Source of the DNA: Chiloscyllium plagiosum
Lineage: Eukaryota
Direction: 5' to 3'
Length of the DNA stretch: 38,350 nt
NCBI RefSeq assembly: GCF_004010195.1
Contig: NC_057754.1
Coordinates: 11,662,008-11,700,357 of the forward strand
Part shown: one piece after another, positions 22,425 to 33,299 of the stretch
Position numbering within the stretch: position 1 is the stretch's first letter
How the letters are laid out: every line of letters starts with the position of its first letter
The notes under the pieces: model-generated
Told to the model about the DNA's origin: nothing
Database searches by the model: none
Seen by the model: the letters and a program-made list of their open reading frames with translations, nothing else
Translations under genes and position numbers: made by a program

Positions 22425-23500
22425 GATCATAAAACACAAGAGCAAAGTAGGCAATTCAACCCATAAATCTGCTCTTGCCAATGAGATCAGGGTTGGTCTG
22501 ATAATTCTCAGCTCCACGTTCTGGTCTTATCTCCTAACCTTTGGTTCCCCATCTGATTAAAAATTGGTTTATCTCAGCCTTGGATACAACCCGACCTCTA
22601 CAGTCCTCTGTTGCAGTAAAGAATTATACAGATTCAGTGCCCTCCTAAAGAAAGAATTCCTCCACATCTTGGTGTTAAATAAGTGACTCCTTATTCTGAG
22701 ATTATGTCCTCTGGTCCTAGACTCTCAAACAAGGAGAAGCAATCTCTCTGAATCTATCCAGTCAAGCCCCTCAGAATCATATCTTTCAATAAGGATTCCT
22801 TTCATCCACTGAGAAAATTCTCCCAAGTACAGGATCATTCGCGAACATTCTCTGGACTGCCTTTCCTAAAATAAGGGGACTAAAACTGTTGACAGGATTC
22901 CAGGTGTGATCTGACTAATATCATGCATAGTCTTAGCAAGCCATCCCTATTTCCTTTATTTAAAGGCCAACAGACCATTTGCCTTTCTGATTACCTGCTG
23001 AACTTGGATGCTAACTTTTTGTCATTCATGTATGAGGACCCACAATTCTATCTGTACTGCAGCTTTCTGCAGTCCTTTTCCCTAGTTAAATAATATTCAC
23101 CTCCCATAACCTTCCTGAGAAAATGCACAAAAATGAATAAAACTGAATTTTTTCCCACATTATTTTTCACCTTCTGAGTTTTTGTCCACTCACTTAAGCT
23201 GTCTCTATCACTATCATCTCAGTGTGTCATCCTCACTACTTCCCTTACCAACAACTTCCAACAGTGTGGATTCATGGGTTCTTTTCGTATGACATAGTCT
23301 CACATACAATGCCTTCTGGAAATATATTGCATCCACTGGTTTCCCCTTATCTATCTTGCTCATTACCTACTCAAAGTATTTTAACAAACTTGTCAGCTCC
23401 AATTTCCCCTTCACAATACCGTGCTGACTCTGCTTGATTTTATGATGTATTTCCTAATGCCTTGTTATTCCAATTTTAATAACAGACTCGAATATTTTCC
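22425..23500 (-). mobile_element. Decayed CR1 (3' tail to RT)
   Basis: Tail ataagatcataaaac; antisense TRGHNLRI (ttctgagattatgtcctctggtcctag) and FQKA (gccttctggaaa). Confidence 0.75.
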
Positions 23501-23509
23501 CATAACCAA

Positions 23510-23870
23510 GTAGCTTGTGAAACTGAGCTGAATTAAACTGGTAGTGAGTGGGCCTAGGCACTCAAAAAAGGTGACCATAAAAGCTACAGATTGTCATAAA
23601 AGTTCAACTGATTTACTATTGTCCTTCAGGGAGGGGACCTACCACTCAATCTGGTCATACAGACTTGGGCTCCATGTGATAGTGGTGTTGGGAGGGGGTG
23701 GGGTGGGGAAGAGGAGCGATGCTGGAGGGAGGAGGTGGTGAATGAGACGGGTTTTATTGACCAACAGCTTTAGCAAAATCTCCCAAACCAGGCACTTCCA
23801 ACTCCATGGAGGACCAGGCAATTGTGACCGTCATCACCTTGAAGCGCCTTCCAATTCACATAATGTCCTG
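23510..23870 (+). mobile_element. Deu-core SINE remnant plus ancient CR1 tail remnant
   Basis: ggtgaccataaaagctacagattgtcataaaa...tgtccttcagggagggg matches the 11490-11765 copy. Confidence 0.5.
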
Positions 23871-24530
23871 GTATTCAGTACTGGATGCATATAAATCTTC
23901 TCTCATTTAATCTGGATCTTGTTGTGAACATAGAAAATTATAATGCAATACAGGCCCTTGAACCCTTGATGCGGTGCCAACCTGTGAAACCAATCTGTAG
24001 CCCATCTATTCTGCACTATTCCATTTTCATCCGTATGTTTATCCAATGACCATTTAAATGCCCTTAAAGTTGGCTAGTCTACTACTGTTACAGACAGGGC
24101 ATTCCAGGCCCCTACTACTCTGAGTAAAGAAATTACCTCTGACATCTGTCCTATTATCTATCACCCCTCAATTTAAAGCTATGTCCCCTCGTGCTAGCCA
24201 TCACCATCTGAGGAAAAGGGCTCTCACTGTCCACCCTATCTAATCCTCCAATCATCCTGTATGCCTCTATTAACCTTCTTCTCTCAAGTCCCTCAGCCTT
24301 TCCTCATAATATGATCCCTCTGTACCAGGCAACATCCTAGTAAATCTCCTCTGAACCCTTTCCAATGCATCCACATCTTTTCTATAATGCGAGACCAGAA
24401 CTGTATGCAATACTCCAAATGCAACCGCACTTGAGTTTTGTACGGCTGCACCATGACCTCATGGCTCCAAAACTCAATCCCTCTACCAATAAAACCTAAC
24501 ACACCGTATATGCCTTCTTAACAACACTAT

Positions 24531-24618
24531 CAACCTGGGCGATAACATTCAGGGATCTATGCACATGGATACCACAACCTGGGCGATAACATTCAGGGAT
24601 CTATGCACATGGATACCA
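24531..24618. repeat. Perfect 44-bp tandem duplication inside CR1 ORF2
   Basis: caacctgggcgataacattcagggatctatgcacatggatacca at 24531-24574 and 24575-24618. Confidence 0.95.
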
Positions 24619-25063
24619 AGATCTCTCTCTGTTCATTCACACTACCAAGAATCTTACCATTAGCCCAGTACTCTGTATTCCTGTTACTCCTTCCAACGTG
24701 AATCACCTTACACTTTTCCGCATTAACCTCCGTTTGCCACCTCTCAGCCCAGCTCTGCAGCTTATCTATGTCCCTCTGTAACCTACAACATCCTTCGACA
24801 TTATCCACAACTCTACCAACCTTACTGTCATCCTCAAACTTACGAACAAATCATTTTACGCCCTCAACAAGGTCATTTATAAAAATGACAAACAGCAGTG
24901 GCGCCAAAACAAATCCTTGTGGTACACCACTAGTAACTGAACTCCAGGATGAACATTTCCAATCAACCACCACCCTCTGTCTTCTTTCAGCTCACCAATT
25001 TCTGATTCAAGCCACTAAATCACCCTCATTCCCATGCCTCTGTATTTTGTGCAATGGCCTACC

Positions 25064-25382
25064 ATTAGATTAGATTAGATTACTTACAGTGTGGAAACAG
25101 GCCTTTTTGCCCAACAAGTCCACACCGACCCGCCGAAGCGTATACCACCCAGACCCATACTCCTACGTTTACCCCTTCACCTAACACTACGGGCAATTTA
25201 GCATTCACCTAACCTGCACATTTTTGGATTGTGGGAGGAAACCGGAGCACCCGGAGGAAACCCACGCAGACACGGGGAGAATGTGCAAACTCCACACAGA
25301 GAGTCGCCTTGAGGCGGGAGTTGAACCCGGGTCTCTGGCGCTGTGAGGCAGCAGTGCTAACCACTGTGCCACCGTGCCGCCC
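25064..25382 (-). mobile_element. Full-length, CpG-rich HE1-type V-SINE inserted in CR1 RT
   Basis: Head GGGCGGCACGGTGGCACAGTGGTTAGCAC (A box), GGTTCAACTCC (B box), V-core GTGTGGAGTTTGCACATTCTCCCCGTG, LINE-like tail ending in AATCT repeats. Confidence 0.92.
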
Positions 25383-28304
25383 ACGGAATGAATCAAACAC
25401 TTTACTGAAATCCACATACACCAGATCAACTGCTTTACCCGCATCCACCTGTTTGGTCACCCTCTCAAAGAACTCAATACAGTTTGTGAGGCAAGACCTC
25501 CCCTTCACAAAACCGTGCTGACTATATCTAATCAAATTATTCCTTTCCAGATTATTATATATCCTATCTCTTATAATCCTTTCCAATAATTTATCCACAA
25601 CAGACGTAAGGCTCACTGATCTACAATTACCAGGGTTGTCTCTACTCCCCTTCTTCAACAAAGGGACATTTGCTATACTCTAGTCTTCTGGCACTATTCC
25701 AGTAGACAATGACAACATAAAGCCAAAGTCTCTGCACTCTCCTCCCTAGCTTCCCAGAGAATCAGAGGATAAATCCCATCCAGCCCAGAAGATTTACCTA
25801 ATTTCACACTTTCCAGAATTGCTAACACCTCCTCCTAATGAACCTTAATCCCATCTCGTCTAATAGCCTATATCTCAGTATTCTCCTCAACAACATTGTC
25901 TTTTTCCTGTGTGAATACTGATGAAAAATATTCATTTAGTGCCTCTCCTATCCCTTCTGACTCTAAGCACAACTTCCCACAACTTCCTTGACTGGCCCTA
26001 ATCTTATTCGAGTTATTCTTTTATTCTTTACATCTCTCGAAAAAGCTTTAGGGTTTTCCTTGATCATCCGACATGCCAAAGACTTCCCATGCCCCTCCTA
26101 GCTCTTCTTAGCTCTCTCTTTAGGTCTGTCCTGGCTAACCTGTAAATCTCACATGCCCTAACTGAGCCTTCAACCTCACCTTTACAGAAACCTCCTTCTT
26201 CCTCTAGACAAAAGACAAACCTCTTTAGTAAATCACGGCTCCCTCACTCAACCACTTCTTCCCTGCCTGACAGGTACATATTTATCAAGGACACGCAGTA
26301 GCTATTCCTTGAACAATCTCCACATTTCAGTTGTGCCCATCCCCTGCAGTTTATTTCCCCATCTTATGTATCCTAAATCTTGGCTAAACATCTCATAATT
26401 GCCTTTCCCCCAGCATTAACTCTTGTGCTGCGGTATATACCTATCCCTTTCTATCGCTCAAGTAAACGTAACCAAATTGTGGTCACTACCACGAAAGCGC
26501 TCGCCTACCTCCAAATCTAACACCTGGCCTGGTCCATTACCTAGTACCAAATCCAATGCGACTTTGCCTCTTGTTGGCCTGTCTACATACTGTGTCAGGA
26601 AACCCTCCTGCGCACATTGGACAAAAACTGACCCATCTAAAGTACTCGAAATATAGCATTTCCTGTCAATATTTGTAAAATTAAAGTCCACTATAATAAC
26701 TACCCTGTTACTTTCGCTCCTATCCAGAATAATCTTTGTAATCCTTTCCTCTACATCTCTGGAACTTTTCGGAGGCCCATAGAAAACTCCCAATAGCATT
26801 ACCTCTCCTTTCCTGTTTCTAACCGCAGCCCACACTACCTCAGTGGACAAGTCCTGAAAAGTCCCTTCTGCTACGGTAACATTGTCCTTGACTAACTGTG
26901 CCACACCTCCCCCACTTTTACCACCTCCCCTGATCTTACTGAAACATTTAAACCCCTGAATCTGCAACAACCATTCCTGTTCCTGCTCTAAGCATGTCTC
27001 CCAAATGGCCACAACATTGAAGTCCCAGATACCAATCCATGCTGCAAGTTCACCCACCTTATTCCAGATGCTCCTGGCATTGAAGTAGACACACTTCAAA
27101 CCATGTTCCTGCCTGCCGGTACACTTTTGCAACCTTGAAACCATATTCATGACCGCACTACACTCAACTTCCTGTAGACTGGAGCTACAATTCAGGTTCC
27201 CAACCCCCTGCTCAATCAGTTTAAACCCTCCTAAAGAGCATTAGCATACTTCCCCTCCAGGATATTGGTACTCCTCTGGTTCAGGTGTAGACCATCCCAT
27301 TTGTAGAGGTCCCACCTACCCCCAGAATGACCCCTAATTATTCAAGTATCTGATTCCCTCCCTCCTGCACCATCCCTATAGCCACTTGTTCAACTCCTCT
27401 CTTTCCCTATTCCTCGCATCGCTAGCACGTGGCACGGGTAACGAGCAAGAGATAACAACTCTGCTTATTACAGCTCTAAGCTTCCACCATATCTCCCTGA
27501 ATTTCTTCCTTAAATCCCCGATCCTTTTTCCTACCTATATCTTTAGTACCTATGTGTACCATGACTTGGGGCTGCTCCCCCTCTCCCTCAAGGATCCCCA
27601 AAACATGATCTGAGACATTACGGACCCTGGCACCTGGGAGGCAACACATCAATCAAGAGTCTCTCTTGCTCCCATAGAATCCATCTGCGCCCCCAACTAC
27701 ATCCGCCTGTCCCCAATGACCAATGCTCTGCTCCTCTCCTCCTTCCCTTCTGAGCAAAATGGACAGATTCTGTGCCAGACACCTGCACCCATGGCTTACC
27801 CCTGCGAAGTCGTTTCTCCCCACCCTCAACAGTATCCAAAACGGTATACTTGTTATTGAGGGGAATGACCACAGGGGATTCCTGCACTGTCTGCCTGTTC
27901 CCTTTCCGACCCTCAACTGCAACCCATCTACCTGTACTGATGTGTGACTACCTCCCTGTAACTCCTCTCAATTATCCAAACTTCATCCAGCTCGAGCTCC
28001 AGTTCCCTAATGCGGTTTCCAAGGAGCTGCAGTTGGGTGCACTCCTCGCAGATGAAATCAGCAGGCTCACTCGTGGTGACCCTTACCTCCCACATCCGAC
28101 AGGAGGAGCATTCAACTGCCCTACCATCCATTCCCACTGTTCTGAATGCCCAAGCAGACTATATTTTAAAAAAACTAGAAAAAAAATTGGCACTCAGAAC
28201 CTTTGTTTTTGGTTACAGGAGGATACCGAAGTAGTGCTTCAGGTAAAGTAACCGCCCAAATATATTACCTCACTTACTCAACTGTCCCGTGTCCACTCCT
28301 GCTC

Positions 28305-29095
28305 AGATTTACAAGCATGTTGCCAGAGTTGAAATGTTTGAACTAAAGAGAGGGGCTGCTTTCCCTGTACAGTCAGAGGCTGAGGGATGACCTTATAGAG
28401 GTTTGTAAAATCATGAGGGGCATGGAGAGTGTAAATAGACAAGGTCTTTTCCGTGGGGTGGGGGACAATAGACAATAGGGGCAGGAGTAGGCCATTCTGC
28501 CCTTTGAGCCTGCACCACCATCCATTATGATCATGGCTGACTTATCTCCATAACCCTTGATTCCACTATCCTTGAGAGCTCTATCCAACTCTTTCTTAAA
28601 TGAATCCAGAGAACTGGGCCTCTACTGCCTTCTGGGGCAGAGCATTCCACACAGCCACCACTCTCTGGGTGAAGAAGAACTCAAGGGTATACAAGCCCAG
28701 TCACTCCAGTCTTTCAGTGTAAGATAGTCCCGCCATTCCAGGAATTGACCTTGTGAACCTACGCTGCACTCCCTCAATAGCCAGAATGTCTTTCCTCAAA
28801 TTTGGAGACCAGAACTGCACACAATACTCCAGGTGCGGTCTCACCAGGGCCCTGTACAGAACTAGAGGGCATAGAGAGGGGAAAGATTTTAAAGGAACCG
28901 AAGGAGCGACATTTTCCCACGACTGATGGTGCATGTATGGAGTGAGCTGCCAAAGGAACTGTTGGAGGCTGATAAAATGATAAAATTTAAAAGGCATCTG
29001 GACAGGTATATGAATAGGAAGGGTTTAGAAGGATATGGGCCAAGTGCTGGCAAATGGGACTAGATTAGGTTCGGATATCTGGCCAGCATGCCCAT
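28305..29095. mobile_element. CR1 3' fragment (+) interrupted by an antisense CR1 3' fragment (about 28466-28858)
   Basis: LYRALVRPHLEYCVQFWSP..LSYTERLE on the minus strand; caataga repeat tail at 28466; plus-strand host resumes at agaactagagggcatag. Confidence 0.8.
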
Positions 29096-29199
29096 GTTCA
29101 GGTTCTCACATCTTGGCTGCAGAGGAAAATGGAGTAGAAAGGGAAAGATCCAGTTGTTGTGGTCCACATAGGTATGAATGAAAAAGGTAAAAAGAGGAA

Positions 29200-32100
29200 A
29201 GAGGTTTAACTGAGGGAATATGAGTGGCTCGGGGCCAACTTATCGAACCAAAAAGCTAATAATCTCTGGATTACAACCTGCGCAAGAAACTGGCACAAAA
29301 TCAATGAGATTAAAGAGAGAAATGTATGCAAAGATTGGTGTGGAAAAAAAGGTTCAAGTTAATGAGACATTGGTGTCAGTACTGGGGAAGGAAGAGCTGT
29401 TCCAATGGATTTTGCATCATCAGAATAACACTGGGGCCAGAGTTCTGGTGAATCACATAACTAGAGTCTGTGGATATGGCTTTAAATCATGTTGGGTGGG
29501 TTCAGATGTGGTGAAAATCATAGAAAAAGTTAAGGGAGTGTGCGATTGGGGTGGACTCAGCACAGGTTAAAGTTTCCAGAACAGACTGCAGGACAGAAAG
29601 TATGGAAAAGATTAAGAATCTAATTTCAGACACAGCAGATATGGGGACAACAATGAGAAGAGGGGCAGTCAATGCAGATTTGAGGGTGTTGTATCTAAAA
29701 TGCATGAAATAGATGACGCAAGGTAAATGAGCTCATAGCACAATTTGAAAGTTGTAGTTACAGACTCGTGGGCAGAGATGTGGCTGCAAGGGGATCAAAG
29801 CTGGGAACATAATATCCAAGGATAGACATCCTATCAAAACGTCAAGCAGATAGGCACAGGTGTCAGGGTTTCTTGTTAGTAAGAAAGAAAACTAAGTTGA
29901 CAGCAAGGAGTGAGATAGAGTCAGAAGGCATAAAATCTGTGTGTTGTGGAAATGGAAAGGATAAACAACCCTGATGGAAGTTGAATACAGGCCTCCTATC
30001 AGTTGTCAGGATGTGGGGAAGAAAATAAATTAGGAGTTTAAAAAAATGTAAGAAAGGCACTATTGCAATAATCATAGGGGACTTCAAATGCAGGTGAACT
30101 AGGAAAATCAAGCTGGCAGATCTCAAGAAAACTCACTCATGGAATGTCTATGAAATGGTTGTTCTGGAGAAGTTTGTATTAGAGGTGACTGAGGAACAGG
30201 CGTTTAGTGATGTGGCATGAGGAGACTTGATTTGGGAGCTTAAGATGAAGGAACCCCTTGCAGGCAGTGACCATAATATAATAGAGTTCACCCTGTAGTC
30301 TGAAAGGGAAAAGATTAAATCAGATGTAATGGGATTGCAATGGAGTATAGGTAACTACAAAGGTACATGGAAGGAGCTGATCAGAGTTGACTGGAAGAGG
30401 ATTCGCATGTGTGGCGCTGGAAAAGCACAGCAAGTCAGGCAGCATCCAAGGAGCAGGAGAATCGACTTTTCGGGCATGAGCCCTTCATCAGGAAATATGG
30501 AAGACTGGAAGAGGAGCCTATCAAGGAAAATGGTGGAACAGCAGTGGCAGAAGTTTCTCAGGGTAATTGAGGAGACACCTCAAGGAAAAAGAAATGTCCT
30601 TAGTGGAGGATGAGACAACTATGGCTAACAAGGGAAGTCAGGGAGAGCATAAAAGCAAAACAAAAAGCACACAATGCAGTGAAGATTAGTGGAAGCCAAA
30701 AGATTGGCAGGTCTTTAAAAATATAACTAAAAAAGCAATAGGCAGGGAGAAGATGAAATCTGAGAGGAAGCTAGCTAATAATACAAGATTGTAAGTGTTT
30801 TTTAAAATATATCTAAATTCTAAGAGAGATGCAAGAGTGGACTTTGCCCAGCAGTCCAATGAGGCTGAAGAAGTCGTAACAGGGAGCAAAGAAATGCTGG
30901 AGGAACCGAACAGGTGCTTTGGATCAGTTTTCTCAGTGGAAGATATACTAGACCTTCAAGACAGTCATGGAGCAGAGGTGAATGGAGTGCCATCACTCAG
31001 AAGAAGGTGCTAGGGAAGCAGAAAGGTCTGAAGGTGGATTGATCACCCAGACTAGATGGACTACACACCAGAGCTCTAAAGGAGACAGTGGAGGCATTGG
31101 TAGTGATCTTTCAGAATCACTGGAGTAAGGGAGGGAGGCAGGACTTAGGAAACCACAGGCCAGGTAGCCTGATGGCAGTCATTAGGAAGACTTTAGAGTC
31201 CATTATTAAGGATAAGATTAAAGAGCACTTGAAACTGCATGGTAAAATAGAGCAAAGTCAGCACAGCATTGTCAAGGGTAAAGAGCAAGTAAGACAAATG
31301 AGAGCCAGTGGACGTGATCTATTTGGATTTCCAGAAGGCCTTTGACAAGGTACTGCATAGGAGGCTACTAAATAAGACAGGAATCCATGGTGTTAGAGGC
31401 AAGGCAGAGGCATGGATACAGGATTGTTGAGGAAGTGGGAAGCTGCAAAAGGCAAGAGTGCAAAGAAGTGCCAGATGGAATACAATGTGGGAAAGTGTGT
31501 GGTCATGCACTTTGTTGGAAACTAAAGAGATTTTGACTATTTTCTAAATAGGGAAGGGCTTCAGAAATCTGAGGCATAAAGGTCAGGTGAATTGGCCATG
31601 CTAAATTGCCCATAGTGTTAGGTGCATTAGTCAGAGGGAAATATGTCTGGGTGGGTTACTCTCCAGAGGGTCAGTTTAGACTTGTTGGGCCAAAGGGAAT
31701 CTAATCTAATCCTAGTTCAGGATTCTGAAGGTTAACATGCAGGTTCAACTGGCAGTTAGGAAGACAAATGCCATTTTAACATTTATCTCAAGGGGCCTAG
31801 AAAACAAGATCAGAGATGTATTACTGAAGCTGTATCAGCGGTAATGAGACTGCTGCACAGGAGGCTGCTGAGTAAGATTTGGGCGGATGGTGTTAGAGGC
31901 AAGGTACCAGCATGGATAGAAGCTTGGCTGTCCAGCAGAAAGCAGAGAGTGCAGATAAAAGGGTCCTTCTTAGGATGGCACCAGTAGGATGGCTCCACAA
32001 CGACCTAAATGAAGGAACTGAAGGCATTCTGGCTAAGTTTGCAGATGATTCAAAAATAGGTAGAAGGACAGGTAGTATTAAGGAGGCTCAGAGGCTGCAG

Positions 32101-32930
32101 AAAGATTTAGACAGGTTTGGAGACTGGGCAAAGAAGTTGCAGATGGAACACAACATGGGAAAGTGCAACTTTGGTAGCAAGAATAGAGGCATGGACTATT
32201 TTCTAAATAGGGAAAAAAATGCAGAAATCTGAACTGCAAAGGCAGTCGGGAGTTCTTGTCAAGGATTTTCTTAAGGTATACTTGCAGCTGAGTCATTAGT
32301 TAGGAAGACAAATACAATGTTGGCTTTTATTTCGAAAGGATTAGAATATAAAAGCAGGGATGTACTTCTGAGACTTTATAAAGCTCTGGTCAGACCACAT
32401 TTAGAGTACTGTCAGTAATTTTGGTCTCTATACCGCAGAAAGGATGTGCTGGGCCTGCAGCGGGTCCATAGGAGGTTCACGCAAATGATCCCAGGAACGA
32501 AAGACTTGATATCTGAAGAATGTTGGAAGAGTCTGGGTCTATACTCGATGGAGTTTACAAGGAAGAGGGGTCATTTCATTGAAACTTACAGAATACTGAA
32601 CGGCCTGGACTGAGTGGACGTTGGAAAGATATTTCCATTGGTAGGACCCGAAGGCATAACCTTCAAGTAAAGGGAAGACTCTTTAGAATGGAGATAAGGA
32701 GAAACGTCTTCAGCCAGAGTGGTGAATCCATGTAATTCATTGCCACAGAAGGCTGGGGAGGTCAGGTCATTGAGTATATTCAAAATAGGGAAAGATAGGT
32801 ACTTGATGATCAAGGGTAACAGAGAGAAAATAGGAGAATGAGGTTGAAAAACTTATCAGGTATGATTGAATAGTGCAGCAGACTCGATGGGCCGAATAGC
32901 CTAAATTCTGCACCGGTGTCATATGGTCTA
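29200..32930 (+). mobile_element. Decayed CR1 copies (ORF1 esterase relic through ORF2 to 3' tail)
   Basis: RTKKLIISGLQP (SGNH-like ORF1); IIGDF; HRPGSLMAVIRKTLESIIKD; LAKFADDSKIG; HE1 tail fragment at about 31583-31712. Confidence 0.8.
30402..30502 (-). mobile_element. PLE terminal insertion with hammerhead motif
   Basis: 13-bp TSD gactggaagagga at 30389-30401 and 30503-30515; minus strand reads CTGATGA-A-GGGC-tcat-GCCC-GAAA-A-GTC (30464-30491). Confidence 0.85.
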
Positions 32931-33036
32931 CGAGACATCCCTGGAGGATTAGATGGGTTTTCTAGATTGGTACATTGAGGAACCAAATGAAGCACAGACT
33001 ACCCTAGGCTGTGTATTCTGTAATGACTGGGAATGG

Positions 33037-33255
33037 GTTAGCTCAGTTGGCTGGGTGGCTGATTTATGATGTAGAGCGACGCTAAGCGTACGTGCTGAAT
33101 ACATATACTGGCTAAGGTCACTATGAAGGTCACACGTTGTCAACCTTGTGCCTTACCCAAAGGTTGGTGACTCTCAGGTTAAAGCACCACCAGTCGTCAC
33201 TCTCCCTCGTGACAGAGCAGTCTTGTGGTCTTCTGGAACAATGGCAACTTTAACA
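33037..33255 (+). mobile_element. tRNA-derived SINE
   Basis: ggttagctcagttggctgg head; homologous to 700-868. Confidence 0.65.
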
Positions 33256-33299
33256 TGAAAACTTTAATTGTGTGATGAGAAGAGAATAATTAATTGACA

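Larger units (their letters stand above)
23927..28270 (-). mobile_element. Near full-length decayed CR1 LINE (5' UTR, ORF1, ORF2, 3' tail)
   Basis: ORF1 relic VECSSCRMWE..DFICEECTQLQLL.NRIRELELELDE (zinc finger/leucine zipper, 27928-28137); ORF2 endonuclease LKCVYFNARSI..GGGVA..DFNF..LDLVL..SDHN (26458-27150); RT QHGFVKGRSCLTN..YVDFSK; tail aacatagaa at 23927. Confidence 0.93.

Noticed and set aside
25300..25382. tRNA gene
   Set aside because: A and B boxes continue into a SINE core and LINE-like tail; no complete cloverleaf. The same applies at 33037 and 868
26458..27150. 230-aa ORF as an independent endonuclease gene
   Set aside because: It is the APE domain of CR1 ORF2 in normal context, followed by stops and frameshifts
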